62,675 nt of DNA, filler included, from a bacterium (GCA_030615855.1; 5 parts of 5 records of this genome joined end to end with filler, not necessarily neighbours in it); one strand, 5' to 3'. Counted from the whole stretch's first letter, positions 10,290 through 20,502 are shown. Translations and numbers: made by a program. Notes: generated by a model from the sequence alone, not told the origin.

Positions 10290-10943
10290 ATGGCTATCAA
10301 ATCAGTCTTTTTCCAGATCTACTGTGTTCTTTCTCTATATTTTGTCACCATAGTCGGGAGAAGGATACTTAACAGGGGAGAGGGATTTAATTATACTCGT
10401 CGTTTAGCAAGATTTATTCATCCCATCTATGCCTTTGGCCTAGTTGGCTTCATGATCTCAACCTTTATCATGGCCCATAAGAGCCCTTATCCGCTTCCCT
10501 TCTTGCCAGAATTCAACATTTCTCGCCCATTATCTCTTACCATTTCCCGATTACTCTTTCTCTTAGCTGCCGTAGTGGGCCTTCCCGGGATCGCAGGATT
10601 AGCTAATAGAAGAGTTGGCCCCTTGAGACTGATGACAGAAAAATTTGTGAAGGGAGGGATAAGGCGCTATCTGAGGAACCCCATGTCCTTGGGTGGATAT
10701 CTATTCCTCGTCGCTTATTCCATACGCTTTCTTTCCACTTATCTCCTATTTGCTACATTCATCGGCCTCATCCCTGCCCATATCTTCTATCTCAAGACCT
10801 ATGAGGAGAAGGAACTGGAACTCAAGTTCGGTGAAGAATACTTAAAGTATAAGAAAGAAGTACCCTTCCTACTACCGCGAATAAAAAAGCGCCGAAAGGC
10901 CGCAGAAAACAGAAAACGGTTAGGAGAAAACAGAAATCGGTAG
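10290..10943 (+). CDS. Isoprenylcysteine carboxylmethyltransferase / PEMT-like integral membrane methyltransferase
   Basis: Multiple TM helices; RYLRNPMSLG and EEKEL..KFGEEY..YKK.VP motifs. Confidence 0.8.
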   Translation: MAIKSVFFQIYCVLSLYFVTIVGRRILNRGEGFNYTRRLARFIHPIYAFGLVGFMISTFIMAHKSPYPLPFLPEFNISRPLSLTISRLLFLLAAVVGLPGIAGLANRRVGPLRLMTEKFVKGGIRRYLRNPMSLGGYLFLVAYSIRFLSTYLLFATFIGLIPAHIFYLKTYEEKELELKFGEEYLKYKKEVPFLLPRIKKRRKAAENRKRLGENRNR

Positions 10944-11063
10944 AGAAAACTGAGAACGGAAAACAGTTTTCAGTTCTCTGATTTCCGTACTGTTTTCAGA
11001 TTTCGGACAACAGATTTCCGTCTCTAGATTTCCCTATCCATTATCTATCACCCGGAGCATGCT

Positions 11064-11561
11064 ATGATTTCTTATCTCAAAGAAATCCTCTATAACCATC
11101 CCTACTGGGTATTTATCATTCTCCATATGACCCTGGGAAGGGGAGCCTCCATCCTCTATGGTGTCTTGAGGGGGATGAACGTTTTATATTTTCTTCCTTT
11201 AGGAGTCTTCTTCGATATGTTCCAGGTTTGGCCTCTTTATTTTCTCTATGAAACGACAGAATCCCGTATGCCTTTAATAAGAAAATTAAAGGAGAAGATG
11301 AACAGAAGAGAGAATAAATTCCTCCATTCCAGAATATTTAAGGGAGTAAAATCTTTAGGTCATCTGGGAGTGGCAGTAGTTGCTCTATTGCCAGTAAAAG
11401 GATGCGGGATGTGGAGCAGCATCTTGCTTGCCCATATCTTGAAGATCAGACGCTCCCGGGCTTATCTATTATTCTTTATAGGGAGCATTATCGGTTGTCT
11501 AATTCTGGTAGGCATTGGAGACATCATAAGAAGTATCTGGCACCAATTAGTTAGTCAATAG
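11064..11561 (+). CDS. Small multidrug-export-like membrane protein (COG2426-like)
   Basis: Four hydrophobic segments; ALLPVKGCGMWSS resembles the P..GxGxW motif. Confidence 0.6.
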   Translation: MISYLKEILYNHPYWVFIILHMTLGRGASILYGVLRGMNVLYFLPLGVFFDMFQVWPLYFLYETTESRMPLIRKLKEKMNRRENKFLHSRIFKGVKSLGHLGVAVVALLPVKGCGMWSSILLAHILKIRRSRAYLLFFIGSIIGCLILVGIGDIIRSIWHQLVSQ

Positions 11562-11761
11562 TCAATAGTCAGTAGTCTGTGCTACCGTAATTTTTGATTG
11601 TTTCGAATTAATATTGCCTTTTCAATTAGGGTATGCTAAACTAATAGCAATAGAAGAGCACAGAGTATCAGACATATTTAAATTCCAATTACCATCTGTG
11701 ATCTGTGGCAATCTGTAACCAATCTGTGAATATCTGTGTTTAGCAAAGGAGGTAAAAGAGT

Positions 11762-12502
11762 ATGTTAAAAAGAAGTGTATTATTGTTGTTGGTAGGGCTT
11801 TTGTTGGTAGGAGTGGGGAGTAAAGTCTGGGCACGCAAAGGATATAGTATGGTCGATGACCCCAGGATCTATCAGTATCGTAATGCCCGTGCCTCTATGA
11901 CCCAGCCCTATACCCTTTATGTGAAGAAGGTAGATGATAAGAGACCGGATTATGAAAGGCTCGCTGCCAATCCTCATTATATGTATACCCTTGATGGCTG
12001 GTGGCTAAGGGGGACTACCTTTGAAGGCCAGTTGACCGAGGTTATGACTGAAGAGTTGCGTCGTTCAAGTATCTTTCAAAAGGTTTCCAATACCCCGGAA
12101 GGAGCAGGCTATATCCTGGATACCTTGGTCAAGCACTGCTACGGAAAATACCAGAGAAGCGCTGCCTCCTACACCCCCTGGGGTGGCTACGCCCAGAACT
12201 ACATCTTCGGTGGTACCACTCTGCTCGTTACCCTGAAGAAGAAAGATGGAACCATAGTTATGCAGAAGGAGTACTCTGAGGAGGCGAAGGGAAAGGTCTC
12301 CGCCCAGAGAAGTGCGGCCTGGATGTATGTCATGCTCGGTGACTCCCTTGAGAGATGTATGGAAAGGATGCTCAAGGATGTTGACACCGCTATGGGAGGA
12401 AAGGGCTTAACCTTCGGCCAGGCTCCACCAAAGGAGAGAAAGAAAGCAAAGAAGGAGAAGAAGAAAGAAAAGAGAAAAGAGAAGAAAAAGAAAAAAGACT
12501 AA
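11762..12502 (+). CDS. Secreted hypothetical protein with Lys-rich tail
   Basis: Strong SD (AAGGAGGT), signal peptide, and KKEKKK C-terminus. Confidence 0.7.
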   Translation: MLKRSVLLLLVGLLLVGVGSKVWARKGYSMVDDPRIYQYRNARASMTQPYTLYVKKVDDKRPDYERLAANPHYMYTLDGWWLRGTTFEGQLTEVMTEELRRSSIFQKVSNTPEGAGYILDTLVKHCYGKYQRSAASYTPWGGYAQNYIFGGTTLLVTLKKKDGTIVMQKEYSEEAKGKVSAQRSAAWMYVMLGDSLERCMERMLKDVDTAMGGKGLTFGQAPPKERKKAKKEKKKEKRKEKKKKKD

Positions 12503-12598
12503 AAAAAGATTGACTTTCAAAGAAATCTGTGTTTGAAAGGAGGTGAAAATCAGATAACTATTAGGTAAAAAAACTAAAAAGAAAGGAGGTATATAAAA

Positions 12599-13222
12599 AT
12601 GCCGGAAAAATCAGCCACATTGGAATTCGTGAGAAGGGGGAAACTGTTAGAACTCCATTCTGGCCCAATGGTTTTTGTTCTATTGGCGGTACTGTTTTGT
12701 GCGGGTTGTGCAGGTCGTTCTGTTTATATGAGACCTACACCAGCTTTGTTGCAGCCAACCGAGGATAAGGCTTTGGTCCGTTTTATGAGACCTTCCGGCT
12801 ACGGATTTGCTATAAACTTCAATATTTTGGATGGGGAAAAGGTTATCGGAAATAGTGTGGCCAAATCTCAATTCGATTATCTCGCCGAGCCGGGGAAGCA
12901 CTTATTCATTGCCATAGCTGAAAACAAAGTTTTCCTCGAGGCTGACCTTGAGGCTGGGAAAACCTACTATGTATTTACGAAGGTCTACACCGGGGCCTGG
13001 AAAGCAAGGGTGGCTTTCATAGCTGTCAATAGGGGTTCTAAATACTGGAACCAAGTTAGAGCGTTTGAAAACAGATTAAGGAAGGTTAGTCCTGATACGA
13101 CGGCTTTGAAGACATGGGAAGACGCAAATAAGGCAAAGATTGAGAAACTTGTTTCTCAATATGAGACACAATGGAAAAATACTTATCAATGGCCCAAGTT
13201 AGCACCAGAAGATGGTAGATGA
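12599..13222 (+). CDS. Putative lipoprotein (DUF2846-like)
   Basis: SD GAAAGGAGGT; lipobox-like LFCAGC; ALVRFMRP...PGKH...LEAGKTYY. Confidence 0.65.
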   Translation: MPEKSATLEFVRRGKLLELHSGPMVFVLLAVLFCAGCAGRSVYMRPTPALLQPTEDKALVRFMRPSGYGFAINFNILDGEKVIGNSVAKSQFDYLAEPGKHLFIAIAENKVFLEADLEAGKTYYVFTKVYTGAWKARVAFIAVNRGSKYWNQVRAFENRLRKVSPDTTALKTWEDANKAKIEKLVSQYETQWKNTYQWPKLAPEDGR

Positions 13223-13619
13223 AGAAAGACTGAAGTAAATTCTTTCGTTTCCTTTTACTATGCTTCCATTAGTCTCTTATCTTCCAATCTTCGAGGATCG
13301 GAAGATGACACCTCCCATCTTATTTCTTTTTACTCCACTAACAAGCCTCCCATCTTATCTCGATATCCTCTCCACTTTATCTCTTTCCCTGTTTCCAAAT
13401 TCTTAAGAATTTGGAAATAATAAAAGTGTGGAATTTTGAAGTATCGGAATTTTAATAGTTCCGATGCTGAGGATTAGGGGGTTTGGGGGAAAGAATCTGC
13501 TTTCCCCCAAGGGGTGACAGTGGAGTCCCGATCCAGTGAATCGGGACGGAACGCCAGAGGGGTGAAACCCCTATGGAAGTATCCCCGGAGGGGATATCTT
13601 AACATGGCAGGAGCCTTAT

Positions 13620-13648
13620 TTGACAAATAGAGGCTATTAAGATATGAT
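13620..13648 (+). promoter_or_regulatory. Sigma70-type promoter for the 13675-24845 operon
   Basis: TTGACA-17 bp-TATGAT, 26 nt upstream of ATG 13675. Confidence 0.7.
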
Positions 13649-13674
13649 GTATAGAAGAAAGGCAGAGTTCTTTA

Positions 13675-14496
13675 ATGAAAAAGTGGCTTTTGAGTTTAAT
13701 AATTTTGTTTCTTTTTCTTTTGGGGGCTTGTGCGCCGAGGTATGTCAAGCCCACTATTTACAGAGAAGCGACTTTAGAGGAGTTAATAGAATTAATTCAA
13801 AGAAGAGAAAATAGAGTAAAGACCATTAAGGCCTCTTTAAGAATGGGCTTCAGGGATTTAGAGAAGAAGGGCTCCCAGCACTGCCTGGGAGTCTTTGTTT
13901 TTGAAAAGCCAGACAGATTCAGGATAAAGGGCTATCCCCAGATGGGACTCACTCTTTTTGAGGTTGTCTCGGATGGAGAGTCTCTCTGGGTATATATCCC
14001 AAAGGAAGGAAAGGCTTACTTCACCCGCCTGCGTCCGTCTTCGCCGGACTTCGGCGGGCAGGCCCAGAATCTCAAGAAGGGAACTTCAAAGACCGATTTC
14101 AATCTTCAGGATTTGAGGAGTGCTTTTTTGGTTGCAGAGGTACTTAATCAACCGGATGTCAATAGGTTCTTAGAGAAGAGAGAAAAAGAGTATATTCTCT
14201 ACCTTGTAAAGAAGAGGCTTTTAGAGAAAGTTTGGGTCGAAAGAAGTGATTTTTTGGTGACCAAGATTGAAAGGTTCGATGAGGATGGTTCTTTAGCCTT
14301 AGAAGTCTCTTTTAATAAATATCAGAAAATAAATAGAATCGATTTTCCAGAGAAAGTGAGAATTTATAACCCAAAGGAGAAGAGGATACTAACACTACTC
14401 ATCCAAAAAGTAAGACTCAATGAAGCTATCAAGCCCGAAGTCTTTCAATTTAAGGTTCCAAAAGGAATAGAAATCATCAGTACAGATAAAAAGTGA
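13675..14496 (+). CDS. LolA/LolB-fold lipoprotein (DUF4292-like)
   Basis: Lipobox LLGAC; FEKPDRFRI, SDGESLWVYIP and a C-terminal N....FQFKVP.G typical of the LolA fold. Confidence 0.75.
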   Translation: MKKWLLSLIILFLFLLGACAPRYVKPTIYREATLEELIELIQRRENRVKTIKASLRMGFRDLEKKGSQHCLGVFVFEKPDRFRIKGYPQMGLTLFEVVSDGESLWVYIPKEGKAYFTRLRPSSPDFGGQAQNLKKGTSKTDFNLQDLRSAFLVAEVLNQPDVNRFLEKREKEYILYLVKKRLLEKVWVERSDFLVTKIERFDEDGSLALEVSFNKYQKINRIDFPEKVRIYNPKEKRILTLLIQKVRLNEAIKPEVFQFKVPKGIEIISTDKK

Positions 14497-14685
14497 TTAG
14501 GTGGGAAAGTGAGCAGGCGGACTGTGATCGCTGAAAAACAGAAATCGGTTGTTAGAAAACTGTTCTCTATTCTCGGATTTCCCTACAGTTTTCCGACTTC
14601 TATCGACTGTTTTCGGATTTCATTGTTCAATGTTACTTGTTCAATGTTCAATGTAAAATGAGAGTAGGAAAGGGAGGCGAGAGCA

Positions 14686-15588
14686 ATGCCTAAACATCCT
14701 TTGGATAAGTATTTTCTTTATCGATTTGTTCGCTTTATGTCCTTTACTTTACCTCTGGGCATTGGCTACCTATTAGCAACCATAACTGGGATCATCGCTT
14801 ATTCCCTATCAAGAAAGAATAGAAGGGCAATAATCTCCAATCTAACTCAGGTTTTGGGTAAAGAAGTGAGTAGAAGAAGAATTTGTTCCTTATCCCGCAA
14901 TACTTTCTGTAATTATGCCAAGTATATTGTCGATTACTTCAGGTTTCCGCACATCAACAAAAATGACTGGAAGAGGATCATTCCTCAGTATGAGGGGGCA
15001 GATTTTATTGATAACACCCTGAAGAAGGGAAAAGGTCTTATGCTCTTGACCGCTCACATAGGGAACTGGGAGTTAGGAAGCCTACTATTCAATATATTGG
15101 GCTATTCCATGAATGTGGTTACCTTGGTTGATGAAAATTTGAAGATTGATGAGGTAAGGGAAAGATGGAGAAGAAGCCGGGGAATAAAGTCCTTGACTGT
15201 TGGTAATTCGATAACTGCGGCCAAGAATATCGCAGATGCTTTAGCAAAGAATGAAATCGTGGCCATGCTTGGGGATCGGGCAACCAAGACCAACAGGATG
15301 AAGATAAAGTTCTTCGGTAAAGAGACCTACTTTCCTACGGGAGCGATAATCTTAAGTCTATTAACTGGAGCGCCCATCGTTCCCGGTTTCGTCCTTTATA
15401 AGGGAAAAGGGAAATACTATGGAGTAGCAGAAGAGCCCATCTATGCTAAGGATACTGGCAATAGAGAGAAGGATATAAAAGAGACTCTGGAGAAAATAAT
15501 TGAGGTTTTCGAAAAGTATATCCGCAAATATCCAGATCAATGGTATAATTTTTATCCCTTCTGGCAAAACGCAGATGACCGCAGATAA
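14686..15588 (+). CDS. LpxL/HtrB-family (lipid A / lysophospholipid) acyltransferase
   Basis: TAHIGNWE, LGDR, FFG...FPTG and YPDQWYNF motifs. Confidence 0.88.
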   Translation: MPKHPLDKYFLYRFVRFMSFTLPLGIGYLLATITGIIAYSLSRKNRRAIISNLTQVLGKEVSRRRICSLSRNTFCNYAKYIVDYFRFPHINKNDWKRIIPQYEGADFIDNTLKKGKGLMLLTAHIGNWELGSLLFNILGYSMNVVTLVDENLKIDEVRERWRRSRGIKSLTVGNSITAAKNIADALAKNEIVAMLGDRATKTNRMKIKFFGKETYFPTGAIILSLLTGAPIVPGFVLYKGKGKYYGVAEEPIYAKDTGNREKDIKETLEKIIEVFEKYIRKYPDQWYNFYPFWQNADDRR

Positions 15589-15705
15589 AAGATAGTAGAA
15601 TAAGTGAATTGGTTGGACTGGGTAGATTAAAATCCAACTAATATACTAATCCAACTAATTCTCCCTTTAACTAATTGTTCAATGTTCATTGTTCAATGTT
15701 ACTTG
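15573..15705 (+). repeat. Composite intergenic repeat; second copy at 26788-26950
   Basis: AGATGACCGCAGATAAAAGATAGTA...ACTAATATACTA..CCAACTAATT...TTGTTCAATGTTCATTGTT. Confidence 0.8.
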
Positions 15706-15721
15706 ATAAAGAGGTGAATTT

Positions 15722-16378
15722 ATGAGGAGGACATTGTTGCTTCTGTTGGCAGTGATCCTTTTGGGGAGTTCTGTTTGGGCGGGGAATGACCTGGATAGTA
15801 TCTTGAAGAAGATGGATAAGAGGCAGAGGGGGATGAAAGACCTTAAGGCCTCATTCACCCAAGAGAAGATCTTGGAATTATTAGAAGAGAAGTTAATTTC
15901 TCAAGGGAAGATGAAATATAGAAAGCCGGATAGGATGTCCTGGGAATATTTCGAACCCGATCCTCTTTTAATGATTATTAAGGGAAAAAGAATGTGGCTC
16001 TATTATCCAGATATGAAGGTGGCCGAGAAGTATGATTTAGAAAGAGCAGGGGAAACCTTGGGGCTCTTCGTGGGCTTTGGAAAGTCTATGGAATACTTGA
16101 AGAAGAATTATCAGATCAGCCTCCTTGAAAAAAAGAAGGATTTTTATTCTTTGGAACTCATTCCCAAAAGAGAAGAGGAATTAAGATATTTATCCAAAAT
16201 AGTATTATGGATTGACACTAAAGAATACTGGCCAGTCAAAACTAAAATATATGAACCAAATGGAGATACCACCTTGATAGAATTTAGGAATATTGAACTC
16301 AATACTAAGATTCCAGACTCAGAGTTCGAGTTCAAGGTTCCCAAAGGGGTGGAGGTAGTAGAGCCCCTCAAGGAATGA
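15722..16378 (+). CDS. lolA: LolA-family outer-membrane lipoprotein carrier
   Basis: Signal peptide; ASFTQ, KPDRMSWEY..P and FEFKVPKGVEV motifs. Confidence 0.8.
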   Translation: MRRTLLLLLAVILLGSSVWAGNDLDSILKKMDKRQRGMKDLKASFTQEKILELLEEKLISQGKMKYRKPDRMSWEYFEPDPLLMIIKGKRMWLYYPDMKVAEKYDLERAGETLGLFVGFGKSMEYLKKNYQISLLEKKKDFYSLELIPKREEELRYLSKIVLWIDTKEYWPVKTKIYEPNGDTTLIEFRNIELNTKIPDSEFEFKVPKGVEVVEPLKE

Positions 16379-16383
16379 AAGAA

Positions 16384-16453
16384 GTTTACGGTTTACAGTT
16401 TACGGTAAACGGTAAACAGGCCCGACGGATGTCGGGACGAGTAAACGGTAAAC
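16384..16453. repeat. GTTTAC(G/A) / GTAAAC(G/A) heptamer palindromic array
   Basis: Three forward and four reverse units with an inserted CCCGAC..GTCGGG hairpin. Confidence 0.85.
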
Positions 16454-16466
16454 GGAAGAAAAACAT

Positions 16467-17303
16467 ATGGCTTTGAAGAGCGTGATTGTCTATTTTTCTC
16501 AGACGGGGAATACAGAGAAGGTAGCCCGAGCCATTGCCACAGGAATAAAAAGTACAAATAATTCCTGCACCCTAACCACTTTAAAAGAGGTGATATTAAA
16601 GAAATTAAGGGATTATGATTTAATCGGTATCGGCACCCCAGTCTTCTACTTCCAAGAGCCATGTAATGTAAGGAATTTTATCGCGAGACTCTCTTTCTTA
16701 AAAGATAAGTTGAGTTTTGTTTTCTGTACCCATGGTGGCCAGGATGCTAATACTTTAGCCCGCATGGCGAAAGGACTGAAGGAAAGAGGTTTGTTAGTTT
16801 TAGGGGGATTAAGTACCAGGGGTTATGATTCCTTTCAGCCCTATGTTGAGTTTGATTATAGCAAGGGCCATCCAGATGAAAAGGACCTAAAAGAAGCAGA
16901 AGAGTTTGGCCAAAAGATGGTCAAGAACTATGGATTAGTTAAAGAAAAGAATCAATTAGATATCCTTCCCGAATTTAAGTTTAGATTTTCATTACTTCAT
17001 CTCGCCTCTCTGTGGCTAACGGAGAAGAGAGTAAATAGGCACCTACCAAAGATAGAAGTAGATAGAGAAAATTGCACCAAATGTGGCAAGTGTGCCGAAA
17101 TATGTCCTTCAGAAGCAATTGAACTCAATCCCTATCCTGTACGTAAAGGAGACTGTATCAGATGTTATTATTGCGAGAAGGTATGTCCTCAAGGAGCAAT
17201 AGTTGTAAACTGGGGACCAACTAAGAGGCTCTTAGGTTACTTCAGAATATGCGATCGGGCTATAAAAGCCCCCTTTAAAATATTCAGAGCAAAAGGAGAT
17301 TGA
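16467..17303 (+). CDS. EFR1-type flavodoxin-ferredoxin fusion
   Basis: YFSQTGNT flavodoxin N-terminus plus two C-terminal CxxCxxCxxxCP motifs. Confidence 0.88.
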   Translation: MALKSVIVYFSQTGNTEKVARAIATGIKSTNNSCTLTTLKEVILKKLRDYDLIGIGTPVFYFQEPCNVRNFIARLSFLKDKLSFVFCTHGGQDANTLARMAKGLKERGLLVLGGLSTRGYDSFQPYVEFDYSKGHPDEKDLKEAEEFGQKMVKNYGLVKEKNQLDILPEFKFRFSLLHLASLWLTEKRVNRHLPKIEVDRENCTKCGKCAEICPSEAIELNPYPVRKGDCIRCYYCEKVCPQGAIVVNWGPTKRLLGYFRICDRAIKAPFKIFRAKGD

Positions 17304-18569
17304 ATGAAATTAAAACTAATTGTTCCGGTAGCCGTACAACAGAAGAGTTGGGTAAGGTATTTTGCCCTCCCCCCCTTAAACCTTCTCTATGTGGCAGCCC
17401 TGACTCCGAAAGACGTAGAGGTAATCCTTGTTGATGAGCATATAGATAGAATCGATTTTGAAAAAGAGGTCGATCTGGTGGGGATCACCTCCCTTACCGC
17501 CACCATCCCCCGGGCCTATGAGATTGCCGATGAATTCAAAAAGCGTGGGGTAAAAGTAGTCTTAGGTGGAATTCACCCCTCAGTACTTCCCGAGGAGGCC
17601 ATCCAGCATGCGGATAGCGTAGTCATCGGCGAAGCGGAAAATCTTTGGCCAGAGGCAATTGAGGATTTTAAAAAGAAAAGATTAAAGAAATTCTATCAAT
17701 CCTCTCAGAAACCGAGTTTGAAAAACCTCCCTCTTCCCAGAAGGGACTTACTCCAGGGAAAAAGATACCTGACCAAGAACTTCATCCAGACAACCAGGGG
17801 CTGTCCCTTTGACTGCGATTTCTGTTCCGTGACCAAATTCTTTGGTAAAAGACATCGTTTTCGGCCGGTAGGTGATGTCATCAAAGAGATCGAAAGCTTA
17901 GAAGGAAATTTTACTGTCTTTGCTGACGATAATGTGGTTGCTCATAAGAAGTATGCTAAAGAACTCTTTAAGGCTTTAATTCCCTGTAAGAAAAGATGGT
18001 TCAGCCAGGCGGATTTAACCATGGCTCAGGATGAGGAACTTCTCAAATTAGCTGCCCAGAGCGGTTGCGAGGGGGTCTATATTGGATTTGAATCTTTAAC
18101 TGACATCGGTCTAAAGAAGTTCAAAAAATATATCAATTTTAAGGATGCCATTAATAGACTCAGAAGTTATGGTATCAGGATAGAAGGTTCCTTTATCTTT
18201 GGTTTTGATTCTGATGATAAGAAAGTATTTGGAAAAACCCTCAAATTTGCTCAGGAGTTGAGGCTGGATATGGCTACTTTTCATTTATTAACTCCGTTAC
18301 CCGGAACCAAACTCTATGAAAAACTGGAAAAAGAGAATAGGATAATAGAACGAGATTGGTCAAAGTACGACTTATCAACAGTAGTCTTTGAGCCCAAACA
18401 GATGACCAGGGAGGAATTACAAGAGGGAGTTCGTTGGGCAATGAGAAAGTTCTATTCCCTTCCTTCTATAGCTAAAAGACTATTTCCCCCTCCCTTTAAG
18501 ACTTTGCCTCATATCGTAGCCTATAATCTAAGCCGTAAGGCTAATTTTCTTCGGTCGCTTAAAAGATGA
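17304..18569 (+). CDS. Cobalamin-binding radical SAM protein (paralog of 25443)
   Basis: B12-binding N-domain (GGIHPS, GEAE); RGCPFDCDFC, GFES and TPLPGT motifs. Confidence 0.92.
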   Translation: MKLKLIVPVAVQQKSWVRYFALPPLNLLYVAALTPKDVEVILVDEHIDRIDFEKEVDLVGITSLTATIPRAYEIADEFKKRGVKVVLGGIHPSVLPEEAIQHADSVVIGEAENLWPEAIEDFKKKRLKKFYQSSQKPSLKNLPLPRRDLLQGKRYLTKNFIQTTRGCPFDCDFCSVTKFFGKRHRFRPVGDVIKEIESLEGNFTVFADDNVVAHKKYAKELFKALIPCKKRWFSQADLTMAQDEELLKLAAQSGCEGVYIGFESLTDIGLKKFKKYINFKDAINRLRSYGIRIEGSFIFGFDSDDKKVFGKTLKFAQELRLDMATFHLLTPLPGTKLYEKLEKENRIIERDWSKYDLSTVVFEPKQMTREELQEGVRWAMRKFYSLPSIAKRLFPPPFKTLPHIVAYNLSRKANFLRSLKR

Positions 18570-18988
18570 AGTATCATGAAATTGAGATAAGGGTAAGGTT
18601 TAATGAGGTGGACCAATGGGGGATGGTCTGGCATGGCCACTATATCAGTTACTTCGAGATGGGAAGGATTAATCTCGCCCGAGGCTTCGACCTAACTCCT
18701 GCTGATTTCGTTAAGATGGGCTATACTGCTCCGGTAGTTGAATTAAAATGCAATTATAAAGAGCCGGCAAGAAATGATGAGGAACTTATAATCCGCACTA
18801 CCTTAGAGAAACCAACTAAGGCTGCTCTTACCTTTAAGTATCAAATCTTAAGAAAGAAGGATAAGAAGTTATTAGTCAAAGGTGAGACGACCCAGGTTCT
18901 CCTTGATAAAAAAGGCGAGTTAGTTTTGATTATTCCCGAAGAAATAAAGAAAAGGATTAATAAATTACTTGCCTACCTGGAAAAATGA
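18566..18988 (+). CDS. Acyl-CoA/ACP thioesterase (4HBT/YbgC hot-dog fold)
   Basis: VRFNEVDQWGMVWHGHY..YFE.GR motif. Confidence 0.88.
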   Translation: MKYHEIEIRVRFNEVDQWGMVWHGHYISYFEMGRINLARGFDLTPADFVKMGYTAPVVELKCNYKEPARNDEELIIRTTLEKPTKAALTFKYQILRKKDKKLLVKGETTQVLLDKKGELVLIIPEEIKKRINKLLAYLEK

Positions 18989-20502
18989 CTAGAGAAAAAT
19001 ATGATGTCATAGTAATCGGCGCAGGAATAGGAGGGTTGACCTGCGCTTCTTTATTGGCTAAGGCCGGGATGCGAGTCTTGGTAGCGGAACAATCTTCCCG
19101 ACCCGGAGGCTATGTTGGCTCTTTCAAAAGAAAGGGTTTCACCTTTGATTCTGCCGCCCACTTTGTTACCGGTTGCCATGAGGATGGCGTCATTGGAAAA
19201 TTATTGAGGGAATTAAAAGTAGAAAGAGAGATAGAGTTTATCAAGGTGGAAGCTCCGGTAAGGTTTATCTTTCCTGATTTTGAATTTTCTTTTTCCCTTA
19301 ATGACCTTGAAGGTGCAGAGAGAATCATTAAAGAGAGGTTTCCTCGAGAAGCAGAAAACTTGGATAGGTACAAAGAAACCTTAGAGAGGATCGGCCAGGA
19401 CATCGTTAGATTAGGCTCCTCCTTCCCGGTATGGAAGATACCCTTCTTTCCCATGCTCTTTCCCTCACTCCTTAAGTATAGAAACTATACCGTCAGAAAA
19501 CTGATGGATAAATGCTTTACTAACGAGAAACTGAAAACCATCCTTGCTATCTCGCCAGTTACTGTTCCTCCTTCCAAAGCCTCTCTACTTATGGCGGCAG
19601 TGATGAAGGCCGAATCACAAGAAGCCGGGATATACTATCCTAAAAGAGGGATGCAGTCTTTTGCTGATGTTTTGGTCAAAGGGTTAAGGAAATATAAGGG
19701 GGAATTATTACTCAATACCTTGATCACTAAGATTCTAATTGACAGGGGTAGAGTCCAGGGCGTGGAGTTAGCCGATGGTCGAAGAATAAAAGCCTCTTAT
19801 ATTGTTTCTAATGCCAGTCTCAAGCAAACCTTCTATAAACTTGTAGGAAAAGAACATCTTAAGCGAAGATTTATAAAGCGAATAGAAAAAAAGGAGCTGT
19901 CTCTATCCTGTTTCATCCTCTACCTGGGAGTCGATCTGGATTTAGAATCTTTGGGTTTAAATTTTCGCATCAATGTCTATCCCACCTATGATGCAGAAAG
20001 GCAGTATAAAATATGGAAGGCTGGGGAGATACCTGAAGAGTTTTCATTTATAATAAGTGTTTCTTCTCTCATCGATCCCACAACTGCCCCCAAAGATAAG
20101 CACACCCTGATTATCACCACTGCCGCTCCCTATCATTACCGGGAAGACTGGGGAGCTAAGGATAGACGAGGCGCAGAATATAGAAGACGGAAAAAAAATA
20201 TTATGGAGAGATTGATTGAGAAAGCAGAGAAAATCATCCCTGATCTATCTTCGCACATTATTTATCAGGAAGCAGCAACTCCCCTTACCCTAGAAAGAAA
20301 GACTCTCAATACTCAAGGGGCAATATATGGCCTGGCGGCCACGCCGGAACAGATCGGCCCGGGAAGGTTTAAGAATAAAACACCCATCAGGGGCCTCTAT
20401 CTCGTGGGCCATTATACCTATCTGGCACACGGGATAGGAGCAGTGACCCATTCTGGAAGAGCGGTGGCTGACATGATAGTTAAACGAGAAAAACAAAGAT
20501 GA
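18985..20502 (+). CDS. Phytoene desaturase / retinol saturase-like FAD oxidoreductase (COG1233)
   Basis: GAGIGGL Rossmann motif; GFTFD, YP.RG, ATPLT...GAIYG and TPIRGLYLVG motifs. Confidence 0.88.
   Translation: MTREKYDVIVIGAGIGGLTCASLLAKAGMRVLVAEQSSRPGGYVGSFKRKGFTFDSAAHFVTGCHEDGVIGKLLRELKVEREIEFIKVEAPVRFIFPDFEFSFSLNDLEGAERIIKERFPREAENLDRYKETLERIGQDIVRLGSSFPVWKIPFFPMLFPSLLKYRNYTVRKLMDKCFTNEKLKTILAISPVTVPPSKASLLMAAVMKAESQEAGIYYPKRGMQSFADVLVKGLRKYKGELLLNTLITKILIDRGRVQGVELADGRRIKASYIVSNASLKQTFYKLVGKEHLKRRFIKRIEKKELSLSCFILYLGVDLDLESLGLNFRINVYPTYDAERQYKIWKAGEIPEEFSFIISVSSLIDPTTAPKDKHTLIITTAAPYHYREDWGAKDRRGAEYRRRKKNIMERLIEKAEKIIPDLSSHIIYQEAATPLTLERKTLNTQGAIYGLAATPEQIGPGRFKNKTPIRGLYLVGHYTYLAHGIGAVTHSGRAVADMIVKREKQR

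Noticed and set aside
12520-12560. Orphan SD sequence GAAAGGAGGTG
   Set aside because: Not followed by a usable ORF; at most a relic of a lost gene, which cannot be supported further.
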